From positions 186,001-250,000 of the forward strand of contig OZ025795.1 of NCBI GenBank assembly GCA_964019425.1: DNA of 64,000 nt, in the 5' to 3' direction. Positions within the stretch are counted from its first letter, which is position 1. Each line of letters opens with the position of its first letter. The position numbers and the translations under genes are program-made. The notes beneath the pieces are model-generated. The model was not told where the DNA came from. It was given only the letters and a program-made list of their open reading frames with translations, and did no database searches. Positions 1 to 12,872 of this stretch are shown here, piece by piece. Source of the stretch: Flectonema sp. DT1601. Lineage: Eukaryota.

Positions 1-45
1 ATAACAGTCTTGTAGATAATACCTTCAGGGCTTCCTTAACATCAA

Positions 46-445
46 TTAGCGTTTCTTGCGAGAGATGAGGATCACACCGTCGCCTCGAACGTAGAGCATT
101 TCGACTTTTCGTGTTGTGGATTCCATAGTGTTTCCCTTAAAGTGTTTCTGTTTTGTTTTTTGTATTTTATTTACTCTCCCCCAAGAGATACAATGATAAC
201 TAGATAATAATAAACACCTCCACAGCAGGTGATAGCATCATATTCAAATGTTCATCAAAACCGATTAGAGTTCCCGTTAATTCTCTATCACCTCTCATCT
301 TCACAATTACATCCTTACCCAGAGATAGTCTGTTTGTTTATTATAAACTTTTTTAGTTGCATTTTTTTTTTTTTTTTATTAAAAAAAAAACTCATGTTAA
401 GACATACGTCACTAAATCCATCGGCGCCTTTACTTCCCCCTCCAT
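46..445 (-). CDS. LSM3: U6 snRNA-associated Sm-like protein LSm3 (3 exons)
   Basis: Manual splicing gives [50 protein letters not shown]|...[23 protein letters not shown]. This has Sm1 and Sm2 motifs typical of LSm3. Introns are GT..CAG. Not in the ORF track. Confidence 0.85.
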
Positions 446-829
446 ATTTTAATCGATTTTTTTTTTTTTTTTTCTATTGGGGAAAAAAAAAACTTATTCA
501 AAAAGGTCAAAAATTTTGCTGCACATCATTTTTTAAAAAAACAAAAACCTGTAGATTATATAATAATAATAAAGAACAAGATACGGACAACAACAACTTT
601 TTTTCTCATCTATAAGTGTAAATTGGTTAAAGAAAAATAATGCAAACTGTAAAGAACTGCGGCAAATGAAAAAAAAAAAAAAAAGCCCAAACAGAACATT
701 GAAAAAAAACCAACAAAAGTCAAAAAAGAAAAAAGTTTAATTGCAAAGTAAATGATATAAAAAGAGATGAAGCAGACAGAAGAATGAAATAAAAAAAGTC
801 CTAAACTCAGGACTAGCCCAAAGGATCAT

Positions 830-3800
830 TTAATTTGATTGTGGTGTCGTCTCAGCTTTCAAGACGACATTTGACTCGAACGCAGTCTCTCCAGGGCTTT
901 CTTGCTTTAAAGTAGAAGCGCTGGGTGATACCAGCTGTTCGTTTGTTGGAGCAGTGCAGGGCCGTTCATCATCATCATCACCTTCCATCCAGTAGACGAA
1001 TCTTTTAGTTCCAACTGGATTAGTTGGATTAAACTCACTTAATTTATTAATATCGATAACCTGTTCAATGACTTCTATATTTCTCTGAGCTAAATACTCA
1101 TCTTCAGTAGCATCCTCAGGTGGTGGTGGGAGTGGTCCAGTATGAGTTTTAATATGTAGTTGTTGCTGTCCACGCATTTGAGCTAAAAGTTCTTTAGTTG
1201 CCAAGTGATGGCGGATGATTCCCCTTTTCGATTTACGTCTCTCTCCGGTATTTTCATTATAACTTCCGAATCTAATTGCCTTCTTAACTTTACCAACAGC
1301 ATCAGGTGGCATTTGAGATTTTCTAATTGAAGACGTGCGAGATCGGGATCGCCAAATTCTACTCGCATGTGAGTTACCTGGTGTGGGACTCTCATCCTCA
1401 TCAAAGGCTGACTCTTTTCGATATCGAAGATATTTCTTAATCGAAAATGCTGCCAAAACAGCCCCAGCAAAGACGGAAATACTAATAATAATAGTAGTCG
1501 ACTGCGTACTACTAACTCCACTAACCCTCTCACCAGATAAAATAACAGGTTCTTCAGGAGGTAGAACAAAGTCAGTAGACGATGGCATTGGAGTTGAGTC
1601 ATCAACAACTACTACGGGGATTAACTCTTCCATGAACGCGAGAGCGAATATACTAAAATGTGTTATTTGACATCCGTATGAAGTTTGTCTCAGTCCTGCA
1701 GGCATAATAAGAGGGTCAAGTCTGCTGGCTGATTCTATCCTTCCAACACCTACCCAGTCTCCCCATAGCCATGTTGAATCTTCCCAATAAACACAATTAT
1801 AAGATCTTCTGTAGTTTATATCAGAAGATAATGAGAACATTATAGTTGCTATTGGTTCACTAGTATTCATTGAAGCAACGTTAATGGGTACTTTAGTAGT
1901 CTGATCTCTTACTGAAATACTAATTATAGTTGATTCCAGTAACAGAGTGTGTGTCTTCCCATCAACACCTTGTATTGTGAATGATCGGTCAGCTCCTGGA
2001 TCGTAGCTGGCCATGATGAAATCGCCACCTAATGCTTTGGTAGGAAAATTTGCTGATGGATAAAGTGTTGTGTCTTGGAGTATGTATGATGTCTGACTTT
2101 GAAGTCGAGGAGTCACCCTAACATCAGTTGATGGTGTCTTCATACTGCTGGGTACTCTCATCAGAACTTCCTCTAAGAAAGATAGCCTCTCAGAATAGCT
2201 GCTTTTCTTTAGAGAAGTCTCAATCAAGGCTGATGCTATCTCTGTTGACAGAAGACTGTCTTGAACTTGATCCATTTCACTTTTAGTTATTTTATTAATC
2301 GCAATCCAAAGATAATTCGTTCTATTTTGATACAAGTCTGAAAGTACTGGTGATGGTGGTGATACACTCCTACCACATGATGGAAGAGCGAATGGTTGCT
2401 TCGCCATAATATTCATCTGTACTAATCCATCAAGAAGTAACATTGCGTAGTTTTTATTTGAAGCTTGTTGTAGTTCTTGTAGTATTTGATATAGGTCCTG
2501 TTGTTGTTATTGTTTTGTTTTGTTGTTTTTTGAAATAACAGTATAAAACTAACACGATTTAACATACGTCGAACACCGCAACTATAAATTCCCAATTCCA
2601 AAAAGCAGGTTTTAATCGTTGGCTTAGAAAAACAGTTGACAAAGCACAATCAACACCCAATAGAGTACCTGCCTGTAACTGTTGGTATAGCATTGGAAGA
2701 ATTTCCATTTCAGTAGTTGAATCGGATTGTTTTTGTAGTCGGAATTCAACTTCTGAACTCATCACTCTTACGATAACTGCTCCATGAGCATTTTGTACGA
2801 ATACTAAAAACTGAATAGTAGCATTGCTGTCTGTCACACTACAAGGAAGTACTGGTGCCGAAAAATTCGCAACAGGTTCACTTGTGTATCCGAATGTTCT
2901 TTTGTTGTTAATTGGAAGGGACGTCGTCTATTTTTATTATTATTATTTAAAAAAATTAATAATGAAAGAACCGAAAGAAAAAAAAAATATATATATAAAA
3001 AAAAAACATACCTGTCCAGAAGAAGTCACTATCACATACTCATATCGATAAAGTAAAGGTGGGTTATGATCCATCCAAAGCCCCGCATTTAACGTCACCA
3101 TTGTTGTTGTTTCTTGAAGGTAACACATTGCCATAACAGATTCTATGCGACACTCTGAAGTAGTGACTGTCGCTCCTGACACATATCGAGGAGCTTCTTT
3201 GATTTGTAATAAGAAGCCATCTTTTGCTACTGCCACGATGCCGTTGTATAGAGTCGCCTGTTTTAGATATTAGTTAAATGAAAATGATAACAAATAAAGA
3301 TGTTTGTTGTAAAATAAAATAATAAAAAAAAATCACAAACTTGTATAAAATATGAACACGTCGTTAAAATAGCATCAATCGATTCTTGTCCGTTTGGTGC
3401 TGGTTCTGGACAACGGAAGGCATTGCCAGCAAGTAAGACAGACATTTGGACTTCAGAAATAGAATCAAAGAGACCACTAGGTTGTGAGTTCCATTTAAAA
3501 GTGTATGTTCCAGATGGTAGTTGAGGTACGTTATTTATGACAGCATTCAGATTAAGTTGAAGTCCTTGCTGATGAAATGGAGGTTTCGATGGAATCGAAA
3601 CCACATAAGTAGGAGGAGCAACTGGATTGACAACATCACATGTTTGAGTTCTAAATGGAGACACACATTGACAAACACCCATTACAGTACATTCACCATG
3701 ACCAGAACAGGTTACTTCTGGTATACATGGGATGTTACAATTATTTGTATACCAGTTCTTATCACATATGCATTGAGCTGTTCCTGTTTCTATTGAACAG

Positions 3801-6800
3801 AATCCATGACCATTGCAATTACAGTTCGGTTCTATGCACCACTTCCCGGCCATACTTGTCCTGCAGATGCTTGTTTCTTGATTTTCACAATAGCTACCGT
3901 ACCAACCAGAGTAACAGATGCAGTGAGTGTCATCAGTACATAAACCATGACCTGTGCATTCTCTTAGAGATGGACAGAGTGATACAGATTCACAACGTGA
4001 TCCTCCATAACCTGGATAACACTTACAGTATGGATCAGAGAACTTAGTGTGATGTGATACTGCTACTACCCATTGATTCATATCAAAGAAACATTCTCCA
4101 TTAACACAAGACTCCAAACAGATTGGAGTAGAACACAATTCATCTTTCCACATTTGATCACAAGAACACTCTCCGTTAGTACACTCTCCATGACCATTAC
4201 AGTCGTCTAAATCAAAGCATTCAGATTGAAAGAAATGATCACTTTGATCATATTCAGGTATTTGATGAAAGTCTGAATTAAACGAAAGACTACACGACTC
4301 AGAACTATTTAACTCTTGAGGACATTTACAATAACCTACGGCACTACCACTGTCTGTTGGAGGAGGTACACAATAACCAGAGTACAAGCAATCTCTGGGA
4401 TGGCTGTTACAGTATTGAAATGATAAAATATACTCTGAAGCTGTGACTGATGAATCATTCAAAACAACAAAGTCTTGTTGACAACTCAACCTGTGATCGC
4501 TGTTTGTGATGTGATTGCATTCCATAACGATAGTAGCCTCAGGGAGATATCCTTCAACAGAGACCCGACTTACAGATTCGATTCTCAATGGAAGCAGGCT
4601 TTGATGAAGTTTATATAACTCACCCAAATCATGATAGTCAGCCCAAATATGTTTAAAAACCCTTCCACTGATTTCTGACACAATGTCATTAAATGGATTC
4701 CCATCAGGTGATCCAGCCAGTCCCGCGATGTCTGAAAATGAAGGAAGTCGAATTTGCAATAAAACATTAAAATAATAATATTGAAGTTCATTACTCCACA
4801 CGATTCCAATCTTTGATCTTAAAATTCCGACAATTTCAATGAAAAATACGATGTCAGTAAACCCAGGAACTGCATAAACGACAACTTCATTTCCATCAGA
4901 TGACATAAACCTTTTGTAACGCCATGAATATTCATCTGAATTCGGTAAGAACGGTTCGTTGTTGACGGTTATTTGCACTCGTCCCATTAAACATTGTGGT
5001 TTTTGGGTTCCAATGCAAACTTCGTTTGGTAATTTTGACCAAATTTTAACTGACGAAGACCCCACTGCGATAATAATTGAATCCGCGACCGATCTCTTTA
5101 TATTATGAAAATAGCGTTTAGAGACCTGGACTGTAAACTTTTGATCTGAATCGCTTTGAAGACTTCCTTCAGCGAGGAGGTATGCACCTTCTCCGTGGTG
5201 GACTATCTGGAGTCCATCCCAGGTTGTTAAATGTCCCAAACCGTGTATTGAAAAGTTTGCCCACACTGGAATGTCACACTTCTCTCCAATCCATTTTCTA
5301 TTGCAAAAACAAACAGCTAGATTGTGTTCATTTCTACCACAGAATCCATTTTTACTGCATTCCATTGGACATATTGGTATTCGACATTTTCCAAAGCGAT
5401 CTGTTGACCAATTCTCAAAACACAAACACTTCAAGTCAGGTAACAGTAATCCATTATAACAGGTAGTCACTCTATCACTGCAGGGACATGACTGCCTTCG
5501 AATAGACGAGTCTAATCGAAGTGTTGAATACAAACTTTGAAATAATCTATCAGAAGATACCTCTGACACCTCATCCACTAACTGTTGTACTCCTAAGAAT
5601 GCAACACATCTGAAGGTTGTGGCAATACAAGATAAGAATTCAGTATTACAATTAGCTACAGGTATCTCACAGTCTTGATAACATTTAAAAACTGAAGAGC
5701 AACACAACTTTGCTTCAGGTGAAATCCACTGATCACAAGATGGTAGAACGCTTTGTTCTAATGTTACTTTCATAACAAACGAACTAATAGGACACGGAGC
5801 TGCTACATACGGAGAAGGTAATTGAGAAGCAACAACTTGACCACCAGATACCTTACAAGGATGTAACAAAACATTAGCTAAAGATCCCAACACACAAGGA
5901 GCTCTGTACTGTGCGAGAAACTTCCATATGCTATCCCTTTGATGATTAACACACGTTGGATCACATCCACACTGTGATCTTGCTTGGTTATATGCTGCTT
6001 TATGATATGGAACCATGTTTGTGATGTACCACTCAACTGTTTCTTGAACTTTTCGTTCGTAAATTGCGACTTCGGTGTTATTGCAACAAGGATCTCCTTC
6101 ATCACAACATTTCTTTAATTGAGATAGTCGAGTAGTTCTCGAAACGTACTCTGAGTTTGAGTCTCTTGCCTGCTGCTGAATAAGTTCAGTTATGATATTC
6201 GAATCAGAAAAGTACATCAACATCGATTCCTGAAGACAACTTCCCATTTCATCTCGAGAGTATTGAGCTTCCAGAACACAAGCACATTGATAGTTACTTG
6301 TGAGGTCAGTAGTCATCCAATTCCACTGACCCCATTGTTGATTACAAACTACTACAGGATCTAATACAGGAATCGTTGCTGTTTTTATATAAATACTTTC
6401 AGAAGTACTAAACGTCGTCGTGTCGCTCGACGTCATTGTGTTGGTTGTTGTTACCGCCATCAGTTTCCTACCTCTTCTTTTAACTTCATCATCACCATCA
6501 TCATTATCGAGTGATAATTGTAAGCAATCATAATAAAGAGAATTATTAAATCCTAGTTCACTTATTTTAGAACAGTTTACAAAATTAACAGTTTCCATCC
6601 CTCGATCAGTAGTAGTTAACATCCTCAGCCTCTCTAACGGATGTATTGTTGAGAATCCAATGATGCAGTTTTTAAGTTTAAATATTTTTTTATATAACTG
6701 ACTGATGCCATGATTGGGAGCGCTGCAGACATGTTTCGGGGAACCTGTTGGGGAGTACGCTCCTGTGGAATAGTCTCCGGGGAGACATTCGTTTGTGACG

Positions 6801-9800
6801 CTGCACCAACCGCATCCGTGTGAATTTATACAGGAGTCGCATGTTTTGTAAATACCACAAATAGATGATTCGCAGTTTATTCCTGTCCAACCATCTGAAC
6901 AAATGCAAACTGATGGCTCACTGCAGAACCCATGACCGTAACACGTTCGTCCACCAGCACACACTGGGACAGTACAGTCAGAGCCATCCCATCCGTGGTC
7001 ACATTGACATTTTCTACTTTGTCGATTACAAATACCATTCGCACATGGGTATGGACACAGTGCTACTGATATATGCATTCCTGGTTCATCAGCTACAAGA
7101 CACTTCGTCATTTCACATTCAGTATATCCTGGGCCTATGCACTCAAATAAACAACCAGCTTTTGTTTGACAATTATCTGAGAAGTAACCCGGATAGCAGT
7201 TACAAACCTCTGGTAACACACAAATACCTCGTTGAGAACATTCATGTACACTGGGACATCTAGCGATGCAAGTTCCTGAGATCATTTCATACCCAGGAAG
7301 GCAATCGTTGCAGTCGAGTCCAGTGCTCGGATAGATACATTTCCTACAGAGATTAATATTAGCACATTGAGGGATGTCACATGCGACATAGCTGCAATCA
7401 GTGCACGTAGGACCTGAGAAGGGCTGACTGCACATGCAAAGTTGACTAGAAGCAGTCTGCATGATGTCATAGACGTATCTCATGAATGAAACGTAAGGAG
7501 TGAATCCCCATTGCAAGAAAATAGTTGCTCCGTTTACAAGATTCTCAACGATAATTCGTTCTTCTGTTTTGTAATGTTTTACTCCTTCGTAGTGATTTAT
7601 TGTTGACTTGTTGAATGTTGCGAAGTCGGTGTCGCTGATGTGAAATGGTACCACAGCGAGGTGGACTTGTGACATTCCTCCAGAAAATGCGTCGACTAGG
7701 CCACGTGCAGAATTTATTACTACGGAAATAACTGACTTCTGCCTTTTAAATATGAAAGGTTGATATCTAATTTCTGAAGAACGAGGTTCTGCTGAATAAC
7801 TGTAATTCCCTCCGAGTGAAACTGAAAATCGATTCGCTTTATCACTGGAACGACTCTCGTTAATAAATATTTGAAAAATTCCAAACTTCATCACGGAAGT
7901 TAAAACAAATTTTACACCACTGAGAGACAATGGCCAAACAGTAGTTTGGTTTCTAGCCGACAGCTGAATATCACTACAAGCAGCTGTTTCGTTTAAGCAG
8001 ATACGAAGCTTGCCATAACGATCAAATGTCTTTTTGGATTCAAAACCATTATTAGTTTTTAACAATCCAGGTCCTTCAGCAAAGTAGCTCACTCCGGTTG
8101 AGCTTTCATGTCGTAAATCTGCAGCAATTGCTAAATTTTCATTCATGTTTACACCTTTTGAAAAGTCTGGTTGAATAACTTGAGACAAACTAGCCATCTG
8201 AACATGAGCTGTGGTGGTACACTCTAAGGAAAAATAATCCAGTTTAAGTTCTCCACCATCAGCGATTTCAATTTTCAAGACGTTGTATTCTCCCCATAAC
8301 AGTGTTTTGTAAGGGATCTCTATTTCTGTATCTAAAAACTTCTTCGTCTTTGTGGCCATCACAATACCGTTTACGGAAATGACGACATGAACTTCAGCAA
8401 TCGGAGGTATAAATTTTAATATTAAAAAGAAATTTGATTGCGTTTCAGAAAACGCATCAGACTTTGTAGCATCACCATGACAAGGTGCTTGAGTAAATGA
8501 TTGATTCTGTTTATGAAAGCATAATGAAGATGATTCCCAACGACCACCGATATTTTGACAACTAGAAGGAGTTGATTGGTGAGTAACGTACTGACCGATA
8601 CCATCTGTTGATACTAACCAGCAGTATCCATGAGATGATTTCTCTGGAAGCACAAAGCCTAAAGACATTGGATTGAATTCATTAGCGTCAAGTCCTTCTC
8701 CTGTTTGTGATGATAAATTAACACCAGCGATTGCTGAAGGGATTGATTGCCTGGTCATCGTCACATTTCCAAAAAATGGACCCTGAGCTGCTGCTCTCAA
8801 TAGTGGTAATCCGAACTCTTTATTACTAGAATCCCATATACCAACTTCCCAAAGTAATCTATAAAACGAATTACTCGGATTTGAACAGGTTCCAGAACCT
8901 CCGTTAAACTTCGCCCCACATGATGAAGACGTGCACGCTGCTATGTCACAGTATCTCCCTCGATTTCCAGCAAAGCATTCACATTGTCCTGTTTTTTTTT
9001 TTTTTTTTGTATTTTGCTTGGCTACTAATTGGTTAATTTTACATAAATAAAACATACCAAGAGGAGTACATATACCATTACCTGAACATGTAAATAATTC
9101 ATGGCAGTATCTGTCGCAGTCTGGCCAGTTGAAGTAGTCATCAATACAGGTTTCACAGAGATCACCTGCCCGATTGCCATAGCAAATACACTTTCCTGAT
9201 AAATCACATGTTTCACTACCTGCACATCCACATGTTTGATCACATTGAGGAAATGGAAATTGTCGTAGATGACATGTCTCACACCAGTTTCCTCCAAAAC
9301 GACCACAATCTTGACAGTAAGCCGATTGAGTTTGACTGGCTATTTTAAAAGTGAATAGAAACAGTTGTTCAGCATAGTCTTCACTAATAGAGTCAGATCT
9401 ATAAATAACTAATGTGAGTGGGGTACCAGTTCCTGATTCTACCTCAGGTGTTTTAATATGCTCCGCATTACTAGTGTCCTGATCAACTGTTACACTAAAC
9501 ACATCAGAACTTCGAGCATTACCAATTGGATGCGACACAGAAAAAGCAATATCTTGACTAACACTTTTATGTTGTCGAAGCACACGAGTTGCAGTTGGAC
9601 ATGTAGGACGACCTCCTGTATCAAGATTACTTAAGATATCTTGTGCGATATATGGTCCAGCGAGTTTACCACCAAATTCTATCCAGACTGGAGGTCCAGA
9701 GTCGTTTTCAATATTTATAATAATTAAACTATCGTCTTTTAGTAGTGTTCCACTCCACACAATTGCTGTACTTGTTCCTATCGATATTGGTGATAATTTA

Positions 9801-12358
9801 ATACCATGTTGTAGTGGAATCTGTAGACACAGTTTATGAGTAGTACAGATGCTGATATTTCCAAAACCATCAAAAGTGTCACCAGGACCATTTAACCATA
9901 TTCCGTGAGTTGCTATTTTAGTGTCATCGTTATTTGGGTGGAGAGTTGGTTTGTTAGGTTTTCCCCAATAGTCAGGGTGATTCTCTTCAAGACTTGTGAG
10001 AGTTCCAAAGTACTCAGATGCTGATAAAGTTCCACTTCTACAGCTGCCTATACCGTTGCATTGTATCTCTGATGAGAAGCACGTTCTTTCTTCACAGCGC
10101 GGACCCTTAAAACCCGGTTTGCATTGACACTTACCTAGCCCGTTGCATTCTCCTCTCCCTAGACATGTTGTAAACCCGTTACAAAAAGTAGAACAATTCT
10201 GTGCTGGGTACCAGTTGGATTCACAAAGTTCGCACTCAACTCCTCGATACTGCTTTGGACATATACATCTCCCAACAGGATCACATTGTCCAAATCGACA
10301 TTTACAAGGTCTGGTGCAATCCCCAACAGGAAAAGCATATCTTCCCATTGGATGGTACTGTTGACAACGTCTGTTATTTTGTTATAATTTAATGAAACAA
10401 GACTATCAAACAGGATAGTCGACTGTAAATTATTAACAGAAAACAACATACTGACAATAAGGATCCGACTGATCTATATAAGCAATCCCGGCTGTTGTAT
10501 TTGAAACACATTGACACTTGAATTCTTTAACAGTAAAAAGGTTAGCCGCAGCGTACTCAACGGTGCTTTCGGGAGTGCCATCACCACCAAATATTATAAA
10601 GAGGTGGTGTGATAGAAGTGGTGCACCCATTGTAATCTCATTATCACCAAAATATGAAACACGAGATGATTTCATTGTTGATTCCTTACAATACGGTAAC
10701 CAATCAGCTAGATATCCAGGAACGATTGTATGAGATATGAATCGTGTTTTTCTAGAACTGTCTGTGGTGTACGATGCAGTTACAACAAATTTATGAGGTG
10801 TTGACCCCTTTCTGTGACCATAACTGGTGAAGTATAAATCAGACTTCGAGAGCCTCCTTGCATCAATATCTATAACTATTTCTATGTCCTTAACTCCACC
10901 TCTAGTATCAGAATCAGAAGCATAGTCTGCTATGTAGAGAAGTCTTGTTTTTTGTTTACTTTCACCAAAAGGAACATGTCGGATGTTGAACGCCGGATCC
11001 TCTGAGAACGTCAAGTTTAATTCCTGGTTTTCATGCACACCCGTTGCATTTGCTGTTACGAAGAATGCGTGTTCACCAATCCATCCACAGCTTATATTAT
11101 AAGAAGAAATTGGTCCAAAGTGTTCAGAGTCAAGAGAGACTATCTGTGACTGAACTTGACCAATAAAAGGCGAAGGTGATATCTCAAGAAGAATACAATG
11201 AAATGGAGATTCCTGCAGAACACCTCCAGTGATATCAGTCAAAGCTAAGTCACTTAAATCTAATTCTTCAGTATGTTCGTTATCAGGGCAAAGGTGAAAC
11301 CATCCAAAGGCATCTACTCCTGCAGCAGATGTGAATGAATACTTACTTGAGATGTAACTGTTATTCCGTAAAGGCATCCAATCCTGCTTTGCAGTTTTCA
11401 CGTCACCGCTATTGCTGTCAACGGTGCTCATCCAACGAACAGGTGACCAGTTTGGATCTGCTCTGCCTGCATTTCCGGATTCATGTAAAGATGTTGTTGT
11501 TCGATTTATGATATTATTTGTTATCGTACAGAGTCCCCATTCACCGCACTGCTTTGAACCGCAGATCGCTATTTGACAGAACCTTCCTGTGTAGCCTTCT
11601 TCGCATACGCATCTACGATCTTGACGAGCATCAGCCGTGTTTTCAGTGTGGATGAAACAATTACCTCTACCAAAACAAAAACAAGGCAAGTCTTCTAATT
11701 CTGATGCCGTAGCTGTGAAGGTTGGTGTCCTCCAAAACGTTGGTGTTGGTGGTCGAAGGGACAGCGAAACTGAATCGGTTTCCGTCAAAGAAAAACTATC
11801 AGTTGCAGTTAAAGAAGACGTAATCGATAAAGTATCAGTCGGCAGTAGTGAATTAGAATAAGTTGCTGTCCTTGAACCGAATATATTATCACTCTCTGGA
11901 TTGATATGAGCAAAGGGACTAATATAAGTCCCAGTGATGTTATTCCAAGTTGTTAACTGAAGTCGGTATTCTCCGTAGTCACCAAATGATGAAGGAGAAC
12001 TGAAATTTTGAATCTCAAGAAACAAATATGAAACAGTTACGTTTCCAAACTCATCATCAGTTTCAATAAACAAAGTGTCATCGTCCCAAGATGATGTTAT
12101 TCGTAAACAACATTGGTATGAATCAATTAAAGAAGTTATAGCAGTACCAGATATCGGATGATCAAAAGTTGAATTCGGAAATCGAATCGACACATTAAAA
12201 CTATCACTCACATCCTCACTAAAATTAACCATTAGACGAACAGCAAATTCTTCTTGCCAGAGACGGCTCTCGTCAGGAATCAAATCAAATCCGCTGATAG
12301 TCACACCTGAGAACACACCTATTGTTGTTGTTAATAACAACAATAATAATTTAATCAT
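830..12358 (-). CDS. Giant single-pass receptor (~3,700 aa): signal peptide, many EGF-like repeats, PSI, PLA2-like Cys module, VWD-like domain, GAIN/GPS, TM, cytosolic tail
   Basis: ORFs 10433-12499, 3263-10348, 2943-3236, 2559-2837 and 830-2443 join through GT-AG introns (e.g. 10371-10451, 8989-9057, 3258-3340). Signal peptide MIKLLLLLL; CxGxGxC repeats; GHLTTWDG (VWD); CVYW...GCQITHFSIFA (GPS); TM IIIISISVFAGAVLAAF. Confidence 0.8.
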
Positions 12359-12872
12359 CTTGATATCCACATTGATATAAAAAAGAGAGGGGATGCTGTG
12401 TGAGGGGAAAATATAAATTAGTTGAAAATAACCGTCGAAAAACATGAAGGAAAAAACAATAAATAACATGAATCGCAGGAGATACTGTTCTACTGCCATA
12501 TAACAACATCACTACACTAGGCAGTAGGTTATAACTTTATAAGGTAATTTTCTTTTTTTTTTTTTTTTTTTTTTTTTCACTTTATTTACATTCAATAAAG
12601 TGATTTTTTGTGTAAGTGTTGGAAGGAAACATCATTAATTTTCTTTCTTTTTTAATTAAAGCTATACATTAAAGAGGAGAGGTAGGTTTGTTTTTCACCT
12701 TTTTCAATTAGTGTAGACCCAGGAATGAGCTCACTAGTTAAAGGCAATATTAGTTTCTGCTTTTGGAAAAGAAGAGAGAAGAAAAAGAATTGATCTGCTT
12801 GTTGAATATACAAACAAATTGATTCATTATATACATATGTAGTTGAAGTGCTGTTTGGTTATCTTCTCTTTA

